A model generated the notes under the pieces. The model made no database searches, was not told the DNA's origin, and worked only from the letters and a program-made list of their open reading frames with translations. From Mesotaenium endlicherianum (Eukaryota), in NCBI GenBank assembly GCA_009602735.1, contig WELA01000232.1, positions 1 through 64,000 on the forward strand: a stretch of DNA of 64,000 nucleotides, written 5' to 3'. Positions 1 to 9,482 of the stretch are shown piece after piece (position 1 is the stretch's first letter; the number at the start of each line of letters is the position of its first letter). The position numbers were made by a program, and so were the translations under genes.

Positions 1-413
1 ACGTTGGTGGTCACCTGTTGATTGAACAGTTGCTCGCCGATCGTGGTAAAAGACCCGGTGGCGCGTTCTTTGGGAAGCTTTTGGTAACCGGTCGACACAG
101 TAACTTCTGAAAGCAAGGCGGTCCGTGGTTCCAATAAAATGTCTATATGCTTCGGATAAGGAGCCCTGTAGGTTTTTTTCCAGGTAGTGTAGCCGGAGAA
201 TGACAGTTTTAAGGTAAAGCTGTCCTTATGTACAGCGATACGGAAATTCCCCTGGTCATCGGTGAGGGTGTTCTTTGTTTCGTATTGTACGGTGGCGCCA
301 GTTAACGGCGAGCCTGTAGCGTAGGAGGACACGGTTCCCGTAACGGATACCTGCCCGCTCGTGACGGCGCATACAAAGAGGCAGCAGGCTGTTATGATAC
401 AGTATATTCTCAT
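1..413 (-). CDS. SusC/RagA-family TonB-linked outer membrane protein, N-terminal part (runs off window)
   Basis: Manual translation from ATG at 413: signal peptide MRIYCIITACCLFVCAV, CarboxypepD-like domain, then VSTGYQKLPKERATGSF typical of SusC/RagA. Confidence 0.85.
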   Translation of the reverse strand, partial: MRIYCIITACCLFVCAVTSGQVSVTGTVSSYATGSPLTGATVQYETKNTLTDDQGNFRIAVHKDSFTLKLSFSGYTTWKKTYRAPYPKHIDILLEPRTALLSEVTVSTGYQKLPKERATGSFTTIGEQLFNQQVTTN

Positions 414-457
414 TGGTAGTTTTTAAAAGTTTAAAAAATGGGTCACTGGCGCCCTGG

Positions 458-1810
458 TCATTGAGCGTCCTTATCAGCTAAAACAAATACACGCATTGGT
501 CTTTTCCCGGTAACTATTTCCAAACCGTATGCTTGCAGTTTATTTTTGATTAATTTAAAATCCAAAGGTTCATGCAAGGGTAAATCCAGCTTGCCGCTGA
601 AACCGGAAGCATTCACCACCGGCAGTTTAACAGCTTCAGACTGGTTTAATATTTTCACCACTTTTTCGATGGCAACCCCAGCGGCGGATGTTTTAACCGA
701 CGCCCCGCTTTTTTGAATAATGAAGCAGGGGACTCTCTTCGTTTCAATACTTCCATGATAGGCCGAGTAGCGATTTAAGTCCTGGAGCACGTACGCAAAT
801 AAATTGCGGGCATCCCTTACGGGAACGATCAAATCATAGTTGTAAAAGTTCCTCGCCTCACTGCGGGCATTGGAAAGGCGTGCATAAACTGCGGCTGTAT
901 CTTTCACTGTAAGAATGAGCAGCTTCCGGTTGTATGTCAATCCCGCTTTTTCAAACAGCGGATATACGGCAGCTTCGTAAAGCTCAAGTATTTCCTGATT
1001 GGTAACAGCCCTACCCCTCAGCACCTCCCCTGTTCTTCTAAAGCGGTTCCCGCTGGGCAGGCCTATATACCGCCCTTTGTAGAAAATGGAATAGAAGCTG
1101 TTGCTGTCCAGTTCTATATTGTTATCAAAAAACAAGGGCTTATTCCCGTCCAGGTCAACCTTATTGGTAATACCATTAGCGGTTTCGCCGAGCGCTGCTT
1201 TTATATTAGCGGCATTGATCTCATCCGAGCCTGTAGGCGCCAGGAATCGTCCTTTGGGACTTATCCAAATAAAATGAGGCACAGTGATGTGAGGAAAATA
1301 GCGCCTGAGCACAGTGTCGTTTACGATAGAAACCGTGTTGATTTCTTTGAAGATTGCATTGGTTTGTAAAAAACGGGCGATGGTATGGTACGGCTCATCT
1401 GTAACGGGCAGCACTACCATATCATGTTGAAACACGGTTTGTAAAGCATGGATCCTGGGCATGGCCTTGATACAGGCGCCGCACCAGGTAGCCCAGAAAT
1501 CCAGTATGATCAATTTGCCTTTATAATCGGCAAGCCTGATGGTTTTCTTTCCCTGTGGGTGGTTTACGACTTGTAATGTTTGATGCCAGAGTGCATCGGG
1601 TATGGTGTCGCCGGCGGTCAGTTTAAATGGCCCCAGCTCATTGACAGAGCCGGGGCGTTTGCCCTTAACCGGCGACATACGCACGTCAGCGAGCAGCTGA
1701 AAGGGAGTCGCGGCTGAGTGGATAGTACCGGAAAGGGTGCGGGGGAGATAATTCGTTTGGGCTTGGCTTTGCCATGGGCAAAGCAATAGCAATAAGCAAA
1801 AGTTGCGCAT
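458..1810 (-). CDS. TlpA-family thiol:disulfide oxidoreductase (redoxin domain), exported
   Basis: Signal peptide; ILDFWATWCGAC thioredoxin motif; directly upstream of the SusC gene. Confidence 0.85.
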   Translation of the reverse strand: MRNFCLLLLLCPWQSQAQTNYLPRTLSGTIHSAATPFQLLADVRMSPVKGKRPGSVNELGPFKLTAGDTIPDALWHQTLQVVNHPQGKKTIRLADYKGKLIILDFWATWCGACIKAMPRIHALQTVFQHDMVVLPVTDEPYHTIARFLQTNAIFKEINTVSIVNDTVLRRYFPHITVPHFIWISPKGRFLAPTGSDEINAANIKAALGETANGITNKVDLDGNKPLFFDNNIELDSNSFYSIFYKGRYIGLPSGNRFRRTGEVLRGRAVTNQEILELYEAAVYPLFEKAGLTYNRKLLILTVKDTAAVYARLSNARSEARNFYNYDLIVPVRDARNLFAYVLQDLNRYSAYHGSIETKRVPCFIIQKSGASVKTSAAGVAIEKVVKILNQSEAVKLPVVNASGFSGKLDLPLHEPLDFKLIKNKLQAYGLEIVTGKRPMRVFVLADKDAQ

Positions 1811-1865
1811 ATTTTGCAGTTAGGTAAGTGAGGAAATGGATGACTAAAATGAATGGTTGCCCACG

Positions 1866-2129
1866 CTATACCGGGTTTTTCGGCTTTTTTGCGTATTGGG
1901 ATTTCAGGCGCGAGAGTGCCGCGCCCTGGGGGGAGATCAGGATGATCCTGTTGGTTTTTCGGAAGTCTTTTGTAAAGGGGCAGACTTTAAAGTGATAGCG
2001 AGGAAATGAAATGCCTTCTTTTTGAGCGCGAAGATGCCTTTTAACAAAATGGCACAAAACAGTGTCCAGTGCCTCTTTGGGGATGAGGCCCTTTCGTATC
2101 AGCGCTTCTAAATCAAATCGTATGGCCAT
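1866..2129 (-). CDS. small basic hypothetical protein
   Basis: 87-aa ORF, first gene of the minus-strand TlpA-SusC unit. Confidence 0.5.
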   Translation of the reverse strand: MAIRFDLEALIRKGLIPKEALDTVLCHFVKRHLRAQKEGISFPRYHFKVCPFTKDFRKTNRIILISPQGAALSRLKSQYAKKPKNPV

Positions 2130-2185
2130 AACCAGCTTTATTGGTTAAGAATTTACTATTGATCAAGAGTCTGTAAGAGTGGAGA

Positions 2186-2330
2186 CAAAAAAAGGACGTG
2201 GAACTCCACTTACAGGTTTGGAGGCCCTCGGAGAGCCTTTGGACACAATAAGGGAGCCCACGCCTGAACGTGGGCATCCAACTTATCATCTCGTGTCCAA
2301 TTGAAAATTTCCGAGGTTTCCAAACCCGAG
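2186..2330 (-). promoter_or_regulatory. structured leader RNA with nested stems and an alternative terminator (C4/CI antisense-like architecture)
   Basis: Nested inverted repeats 2214-2232/2310-2327, 2239-2252/2282-2300, 2256-2262/2269-2275; segment 2249-2264 can alternatively pair with 2194-2212, which is followed by U7 on the minus strand. Confidence 0.6.
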
Positions 2331-2463
2331 ACTCTAAGCGAATGCTTCAAATGACTTTATTGAAGTATCGCAAATTAATTACTACACACCAAGTCATAAC
2401 AAATTTAATCAATTTGCCTATATATTATAGGCATTCAAGGAAATATTTTTCGTTTTACCCATT

Positions 2464-2706
2464 ATGGGTAGGGCAAATCTTAAAAGCAAAATAGACTGGT
2501 ATATTGTAAGTCGAGTGCGTGAGATTCGATTAGAAAAGAAAATGTCCCAAGAAGAAATCGCAGTTCATCTTGGAATTAGTCGCGGATTTGTAGGCCATAT
2601 TGAAAGCCCTAATTTCGTAGCCAAATACAGTACAGTTCAACTCAATAAATTGGCCAAAGTCTTCAAATGTTCTCCCAAAGATTTCTTTCCCGAAAAGCCG
2701 ATGTGA
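2464..2706 (+). CDS. XRE-family helix-turn-helix transcriptional regulator
   Basis: VREIRLEKKMSQEEIAVHLGISRGFVGHIE HTH_3 pattern. Confidence 0.9.
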   Translation: MGRANLKSKIDWYIVSRVREIRLEKKMSQEEIAVHLGISRGFVGHIESPNFVAKYSTVQLNKLAKVFKCSPKDFFPEKPM

Positions 2707-2944
2707 ATAAGGACGAAAAACGATATGTGGAAGAAATCAAAATTTTTAGCAAGAAGATTAAGTCTTTAAGAGAGACCAAGGGAATGATTCAATTAGACCT
2801 GGCCGATAAAATGGGCATGGACAGAAGCGAAATTAGCAAAATCGAAAACGAAAAGAAAAATATCGAATTCTTTACAATGTTAAATTGGCAGTAGCTCTTG
2901 ACGCGAAGCTTTCTGATTTCTTTCCCACTGAACCTAAAGAATAA
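2703..2944 (+). pseudogene. XRE-family HTH regulator with 1-nt frameshift near 2878
   Basis: GTG start at 2703; IKSLRETKGMIQLDLADKMGMDRSEISKIE; the expected C-terminus VKLAVALDAKLSDFFPTEPKE continues in another frame to TAA 2944. Confidence 0.7.
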
Positions 2945-2998
2945 TCACATTATTTCAAATAGGCCTTCAGAGGTTTTCCCAAAAAGGCTCAATTTTTT

Positions 2999-3580
2999 CT
3001 ACAACCTGCTTTTTGATAATTTTTTCTGAACAAATGATAAGACACGCTTTGCAAGGTAAAAACCGGCAAACACCAGGAAGATACCCGTAAAGGATTTACT
3101 TTTTAGAAAAGCAGGTAAAGCCAGGAGCATGCCAACCACAAATGAAATCAAAGAGTAAGTTATTCCGTACTTACGACTATAGATGAAATCAATAATGGAA
3201 TTATAATTTGTCAAGACTCTGTACTTCTTTTTCAAATTGTTGATCCCCAAAAAAAGTATTCGGTTAATATCCTTGCTTTCGACACTCACAAGTTCTATTT
3301 CCTGTCCCTCCCGAAAAGGAATGTTGCGATTTACTATTCGAAAATAATCCTCCTTTCCAGCGGAGCCCCTATAGTGAACTTCTTGAGTGACATTGGTGTA
3401 GGTGTGGGACTGTATCGGCTTGATTTCTCCTTCGACCTTCCCAGTCCAAACGCTAGTATAGATTCTTCCACCACCCCCACTCGTCCTTGTTTGGCTATCT
3501 TGATAACTGTTCAATTGTATAATCGCTCCAGTAGAATACTTGATCGTAAAAGGAAATCCCATTATTGTTATATCGGCCAT
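2999..3580 (-). CDS. hypothetical membrane protein (two C-terminal TM helices)
   Basis: 193-aa ORF with a hydrophobic C-terminal pair. Confidence 0.65.
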   Translation of the reverse strand: MADITIMGFPFTIKYSTGAIIQLNSYQDSQTRTSGGGGRIYTSVWTGKVEGEIKPIQSHTYTNVTQEVHYRGSAGKEDYFRIVNRNIPFREGQEIELVSVESKDINRILFLGINNLKKKYRVLTNYNSIIDFIYSRKYGITYSLISFVVGMLLALPAFLKSKSFTGIFLVFAGFYLAKRVLSFVQKKLSKSRL

Positions 3581-3693
3581 AATATAGTTTTACAATAAAT
3601 ATAGTAAATTTTCACATCTGATGCGTTGCTGGAGGTATCCAATCCCGCATTCAGAGGAATCTCGTATATTAAGGTGGACAAGCTTTTGCAATT

Positions 3694-4650
3694 ATGAATA
3701 ATGACTTAATACAGGACATCGAAAAGTTGGGCTATAAACTTATTAGCGAAGCATCAGGAAATGAAGAGCACGAGAAAAAAAATCAGCTACCTCATCGTTA
3801 CTTTTATATTCCACAAAACAATGGTCATTTGGCAAATACCGACTTCTTCTTGAACGAGCAAATAGAGTTTGTCCATTTCACGTCTCTCGATTGCTTGGAT
3901 AGTATATTGAAAACAGGTACTCTTCGAATGACTAGTTTAGCCAGCATGGATGACAAACTGGAAATGACTTACCCCATGAATGAATTGGGATTTCCCCTGA
4001 CAGAAAAATGGATAAAAGGTAAATCGGAAATTTATTGTCTATCCATGTGCTGTTGCAGCGAGGTTGAAAACAACAAAACAACTGAACACTTGCTTTGGAA
4101 GCTCTATGGTAAGGACGGAAATGGTGCTTACATTAAGCTCCGTTTTGAAAATCGTATATCAGATTGGGTGCAGTATCATCTCTCAAGAGTGTACTATTCC
4201 ACTGAAAGAGTCAGTGCTGTCAAAAGGGTCCATCAGAAAATGTCAGACGCTATAGAGCTTGACCCCAAAATTTGCTGCTTCTTTAAAAATAAAATCTACG
4301 AATTCGAAAATGAAGTTCGCTTACTTTTTGACTGCAGAAGGGAGGGCACGTCGACTTACACGGTCACCCGTGCTGGTAAATTACTATTCCCGATTATCCA
4401 TTCCAGGCTTGACTCTCAGAAATTCGGCTCAACTTATGTAGACCTGCCGCTCCTAAATTTTCATGAAACTAGCGGTGTTTTTTGGGATATTCACAACCCA
4501 ACATTCGTAAACGGGAGGTTTCCAGAAACGCGCATGATAGAAATTGTTTTGGGGTATCGACATGAACCTGCAAAACTGGAGACTCTAAACAGTATTTATA
4601 ACCGATTCGGAATACAGGTTTCGCTGACCAAGTTGGCTGAATATTTCTAG
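3694..4650 (+). CDS. DUF2971-like protein
   Basis: HFTSLDCLDSIL...LRMTSLASMDDKLE, LWKLYGKDGNG and FKNKIYEFENEVR match the DUF2971 pattern. Confidence 0.7.
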   Translation: MNNDLIQDIEKLGYKLISEASGNEEHEKKNQLPHRYFYIPQNNGHLANTDFFLNEQIEFVHFTSLDCLDSILKTGTLRMTSLASMDDKLEMTYPMNELGFPLTEKWIKGKSEIYCLSMCCCSEVENNKTTEHLLWKLYGKDGNGAYIKLRFENRISDWVQYHLSRVYYSTERVSAVKRVHQKMSDAIELDPKICCFFKNKIYEFENEVRLLFDCRREGTSTYTVTRAGKLLFPIIHSRLDSQKFGSTYVDLPLLNFHETSGVFWDIHNPTFVNGRFPETRMIEIVLGYRHEPAKLETLNSIYNRFGIQVSLTKLAEYF

Positions 4651-4693
4651 GGCAAATCCTATAAAAACTATCTTCATTGTAAATAAGTATGTT

Positions 4694-5910
4694 ATGGCTT
4701 CAAACGCGGTCACCAATGGAAGAGCGCTTTATTATCCACACATAAGCTTCACCGATGAGGCCTGGGTAAAAACAGCAGCATTATACTATCGAGGATTAAG
4801 CAGAATAGTACCTGAAGCATACAGACCTGACTCCGACGCAGAAATCATAAAACGTTTAAATGACGAAGAAGAATTTATCCAAAATATTGACCCACGATGG
4901 ACGGCCGATAGTATTGCCATGAATTTTGTCGACTACGCTAAACGCGAACTTGCAAACAAGAAAAAGAGAGAGCAGTGGAATAGGAAAGTCGGAATTGCTA
5001 TGGATAACCAACCATTTTTTACTATTCACTCGGCAAAAGTGGCAGCATGGTCCAAGGAGGAGCTTCGCAAAATAGGGCTAGCGAAAAAAAGCAGATTATC
5101 GATGGCCCTGAGGAATGGTTTGAATTCGACCCCTTGACCGGCGCAGTGTACATGACTTTCCTCGCAAATCATTTAGCGATTGATGAGCATCTTCCGTTAG
5201 TGACGGACAATCCGGTATTTCAGCCATTCATCACCGCCGCACAAACGGAAACAACGTTCAGTAACCAAGATCTAGGATATGCGCTTGCCTCATTGGTCAT
5301 TCAATCTGCTGCACCTAGAAACAATACATTCTATATCACATTCAACTACGACAGGTTACTTGAATATAAAATTCGAGATTATATCTATAACACTGTGCAG
5401 TCAGATATTAACAACACTGGGGAATTCAAATTAAAAATCAAAGAAGAGCTATTAAGAATATTACGCAATAAATTTTATCATCCTCACGGATTTATTAACT
5501 GGTATTCAGATATGGACGATAATTCAAAAATTGGTAAAGACCGATCTCGTATCGGAAACCTTGCCAATTTTGGTGAATTTTCTAAAGTACATTTGGAATT
5601 CGCTCCGGAATTTATGGCAAGTTGTTTTGATTGTGGTGAGGATAAAGACACATTTTTAAGCATTAAGGACCTGAAGCTCGAACCGGATGAAGTCTATATT
5701 TTGGGGAATAGTCTTTACGGCCTTGGAAATAACCTAAAAAAGCTGCCTTGCGGACAATGGTCGGACTCAGTACAAAGAGTAGTATGCACCTCATTCAATG
5801 ATGATGATCGAGAAGCACATAGGCAAGTAATAAATACCTGCTTTGATAAGGAAATGGATATTGAGTTTTATAAAACTTGCGCAGCATTTGCAGAAAGTGA
5901 AATTTCTTAA
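4694..5910 (+). pseudogene. frameshifted chimera: DUF6236-like N-terminus joined to SIR2-like/AbiH-like C-terminal fragment
   Basis: ALYYPHISF..W.K.AALYY..L.RIVP start; frame change at A7 run 5084-5090; then YITFNYDRLLE, YHPHG and YILGNS sirtuin-like motifs after ~5320. Confidence 0.55.
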
Positions 5911-6042
5911 CTTAACCCAAGTTGTATAAGCCCGGTACCAGTCTCGCTTCTCCCCTGTCATTCCAGCATTTTTGCAACTATCGGTCGCCAGTCAAAAAAA
6001 TTGCTACATAAGTTTTTCTTTAATAACGCTAAGCCAACAGGG

Positions 6043-7233
6043 TTACCTACGTTTCGCCTTTTTGGTCGGCATAGCTTTTTTGGATGTCGCAGATTTCTTT
6101 GAAACTGTCGGTCTTCTTGCTGGCGCTACCTTCTTAAGTGGTGTTTCGTAATCAGGATAGCCGGTTTGTTCAATAAGCTTATTTGCCTCTGTTCTGGAAT
6201 AGCCGGGAGGAGCCAAAACCAAACTTGTTTTAGACAATGCATGCCATAAAATGGCATTTTTAAATGCAGCAGTACCTCCGCCTCTTTTTCGCTGGGTAAT
6301 CATTCTGTTAATATCCCCTATACAAATCCAGGGTTCGTGCAAAGTAATGCCCCACTTTGCATGGTCATGAGTTTCCGGCCACGCCCAATGAGCCCCCAAT
6401 GGTCCAAGGTTAATATACTTGATGTCGAATGTTTTGTGAATGCCGTCACTGTCAGCAATCGGTGGTATTTTACCTCGAATCCAAGTCTCAACATCCATAT
6501 CGTCATTTAGCTGCGGTCCCACCCATTCGTTCCAGAAGTCCTTATTCCATTCTTTGTTTTTTGCCAGCACATGAAAAGGCATGCCCGCTTTGGATTTCAG
6601 TTGTATGTTATCGGCATCACCAGTGGGTTGCGCGTTCAAAGGCTGTGTTAATTTATATAGTGGATCTGTTTGAGGCAAGTCGGCTGTTCTGGGAAAATAT
6701 ATTTGCGGTTCTTGGTGATCAATCATCTGAGCAGCCAGTTTGCTAGCAGTCGCCAGGTCCAGAGAAATACATAAATAGGTTTGCCCGTACATGGGTGTCG
6801 GATCCGTTGTTTTATTATCTGGATCTGCGAATTTTGGCCAGGAATGTAAAAGCCAAAATGCGGTTTTAGACTTTGTATCAAAAGCAATTACACCTTTTGT
6901 ATGCCCTTTATGCCCATCATCTTTTTTATTAACGCTTTGCGGCATCTCATCATTATAGAGTACCCATCCCGTAGAAGCAGGCGCTTTAGGAAAAGTCTTA
7001 AATACAGAATCGAGCGTTAAGTTCAATGCACCTTTTCCTTCATTTAAGAGATTGGGGGATTTAACAACATTCCTTTTCTTTATATCTGCGTTTGCATCAA
7101 TGGTAGAATCGTAATATACGTATTCATATCCCGTGGCTTCATCTGTAGCAGACCCTTTGCTAAGCTTGGGAACTTTGTAAATAAACCACCAATCAACGGG
7201 CTTACCGTTTTCGTCTAAGGCAGATATATTCAT
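6043..7233 (-). CDS. deoxyribonuclease II family protein (PLD superfamily) with Lys/Arg-rich C-terminal tail
   Basis: VDWWFIYKVPK, YNDE, GHTKG, FWLLHSWPKF, YGQTYLC, DHAKW, CIGDINRM..QRKRGGG; both HxK catalytic motifs present. Confidence 0.9.
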   Translation of the reverse strand: MNISALDENGKPVDWWFIYKVPKLSKGSATDEATGYEYVYYDSTIDANADIKKRNVVKSPNLLNEGKGALNLTLDSVFKTFPKAPASTGWVLYNDEMPQSVNKKDDGHKGHTKGVIAFDTKSKTAFWLLHSWPKFADPDNKTTDPTPMYGQTYLCISLDLATASKLAAQMIDHQEPQIYFPRTADLPQTDPLYKLTQPLNAQPTGDADNIQLKSKAGMPFHVLAKNKEWNKDFWNEWVGPQLNDDMDVETWIRGKIPPIADSDGIHKTFDIKYINLGPLGAHWAWPETHDHAKWGITLHEPWICIGDINRMITQRKRGGGTAAFKNAILWHALSKTSLVLAPPGYSRTEANKLIEQTGYPDYETPLKKVAPARRPTVSKKSATSKKAMPTKKAKRR

Positions 7234-7476
7234 ATAGAATAATTTTGAATACTAACGTAAAAAGTAGAAATGTAATATGCAAGCATTTTGCAAATATTTA
7301 ATGGATGTTTAATATAAAACTTTCTTTATTAAAATAGAAAAAACGCCATACCCCCCTAAAGGGTCAATCGATGGCTTGCATATGTCACCTTTTTTTTAAA
7401 AAAAAAAATCGATTGCATCGAATTTATTCCAATCCTTGCTAAGGAATAGTGAGAGAATCCTTGTTTTGCCGAAGAC

Positions 7477-8031
7477 TCAAACGATAACTTCAATTCTTTT
7501 AGAAACAAGTAAATCAAGCATAAGGTCGAGTTTCTGCTTATATTCTTTCGAAATTGATTCAGCAGAATCATTAAATAGATTTTGTTTGATAATGGGTACA
7601 CAAAAAGGCAGCACCCATGCTCGTAAAGCTTTTACGACCGGATCCATAGCATTAACTCCTTGAAGTGCGTGCAGGCCATCTGCCCAGCAGATGAGCCCTA
7701 TAATCTTTCCTTCAAGATATGGAGGTGAACATTTCCTGGTTACCTCTAACCAATCCAAACAATTTTTCATAGCTCCGGTCATGCTTCCATGATACAGGGG
7801 GGTCATCCATATTTGTACTTCTGCATGGAGAAAAATGTCACTCATTTCACGTATAACCGCAGGAGGAGTTTGCCACGCAAAATCAAACAAGGGTATATCG
7901 TGATCAGAAATAAAATACACAGTCGGGACATGGCCTGCTAGCTGTAGTTGCTGCATCAGGTAATTAGCTATCCTTTTTGAAATTGCATGCTCTCTTTTGT
8001 CAAGGCACCCGCTAAAAATCAAAACATTCAT
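7477..8031 (-). CDS. NADPH-dependent FMN reductase
   Basis: Flavodoxin-like fold; TPLYHGSMTGAMKNCLDWL motif. Confidence 0.9.
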   Translation of the reverse strand: MNVLIFSGCLDKREHAISKRIANYLMQQLQLAGHVPTVYFISDHDIPLFDFAWQTPPAVIREMSDIFLHAEVQIWMTPLYHGSMTGAMKNCLDWLEVTRKCSPPYLEGKIIGLICWADGLHALQGVNAMDPVVKALRAWVLPFCVPIIKQNLFNDSAESISKEYKQKLDLMLDLLVSKRIEVIV

Positions 8032-8166
8032 ATTGGACGATTAACTATTAAGAAATAAGCAAGTATTACTAGAGCTTAACGCAAACGTAATTGAGATGGT
8101 CTTCTCCTGCGGGTTCGGAAATGGTAAAGAGGCACAGCTCAAGACTTTCTGCACAGCGGTGATCAT

Positions 8167-9468
8167 TCAGTAAGAAATATGTTTCAATAATGATTCTGGA
8201 CTGATGGTATACATAAGATCCATGACAGGTTCTTTAAGTTTAGAGCCTGCCAACTGCAAACTCCTTTTACACAAGTTTCTTTTTTCAATGTTTTCCATGA
8301 TACAATCAGGAGTTGCAATAATGGAAACTTCAGGATGTGTAAACCAGGGTGTCTCTTTCAGTTTTTTCGATGCGATTACACCAGCAAGGTTACACCTTTT
8401 ACAAGAACCGTGCAGTTCATCTATCCATTCGAAATCCTGCTGGCAAACCTGCCCCCATCTTTCAAAGCTTACATACACCTTAAGATAAAAATCATTGGTA
8501 AAAGTAAGGTTGCTTTCTTTCTTAGGTTGATTACTTGCATTCCGATGTCCATTTCCGATGACAGCCATATCCTGCACGATCAGCGGAGCAATTCCGTATT
8601 GACTGTATTTCTGCTCTTCTGAGAAAAACTGTTGCGTTAGTTCGTTTTGCAGGAGAAACCCACCTGATGCTCCCCTGATATTGTTTAATATATTTCCCTG
8701 TTCGATGAATTGAGGAAGCATAAGAGCAAGCACCTTGTTGTTTGCCACTTCGATGATATGGGCCACGAGCTTTATCCTAAGCCCCCGTTGTCTGGCATAT
8801 TCAATATCCGAAGCATGAATGCGGTTTGCCTGAAGACACATCAATTCGTCGGGAGGAACATTCATTCCATAAATGTGATAAAGAAGCAGCAATAATTTTT
8901 CTTGCCCGGAAGACGTACTATCAGCAATTATACCTTCCACTCTTGCATTAATTGACGCATCCTCAGGTTTTAATTCTTCCTCAAAAATTTTATCTAGGAC
9001 ATAGTTAGAATGCACATCGTTTATAAATGACAAATACTGCGACCGACTGTGCAGCTTTCGCTCTATCCCATGAAGCGCGGGAATACAACTGCTGAAAACA
9101 CTACCGTATAATAGTGGAACTTGAAAACGTTCCCTGAGGCTGGCGAGTTCAGGCAGACAGGCAGCAAGCATCGTTACATTTGTACAGATAACAGGTTTGC
9201 CGTGACGGATAGCAGAACTTACCATTTGATAGGCAGCCGCTGCATCTTCCATCAATTCTATTACTACATCTATTTCCGGGTCATTCAGAATGTCACTACA
9301 GCAATGAACAAAGAATCCAGAGCCATTGAGATGTCTTTTTTCATCAAATGGTCGATATACTTTCCTGATAATTCCGTACTGCGGACGGGCTTGCAATAAT
9401 AGCCTGAGATTTTCGCCCTGCTGGCCGTAGCCCAATAAACCTGCCTGTAATAATAGACAGCCCTTCAT
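8167..9468 (-). CDS. homoserine dehydrogenase-like protein (divergent)
   Basis: GLLGYGQQG Rossmann motif; DILNDPEIDVVIELM; GKPVICTN; several canonical motifs degenerate. Confidence 0.75.
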   Translation of the reverse strand: MKGCLLLQAGLLGYGQQGENLRLLLQARPQYGIIRKVYRPFDEKRHLNGSGFFVHCCSDILNDPEIDVVIELMEDAAAAYQMVSSAIRHGKPVICTNVTMLAACLPELASLRERFQVPLLYGSVFSSCIPALHGIERKLHSRSQYLSFINDVHSNYVLDKIFEEELKPEDASINARVEGIIADSTSSGQEKLLLLLYHIYGMNVPPDELMCLQANRIHASDIEYARQRGLRIKLVAHIIEVANNKVLALMLPQFIEQGNILNNIRGASGGFLLQNELTQQFFSEEQKYSQYGIAPLIVQDMAVIGNGHRNASNQPKKESNLTFTNDFYLKVYVSFERWGQVCQQDFEWIDELHGSCKRCNLAGVIASKKLKETPWFTHPEVSIIATPDCIMENIEKRNLCKRSLQLAGSKLKEPVMDLMYTISPESLLKHISY

Positions 9469-9482
9469 GCTTTTGCTTTAAG

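Noticed and set aside
7380..7420. T-run/A-run palindrome after the FMN reductase as the operon terminator
   Set aside because: The stem is purely A/T and low complexity; too weak to call
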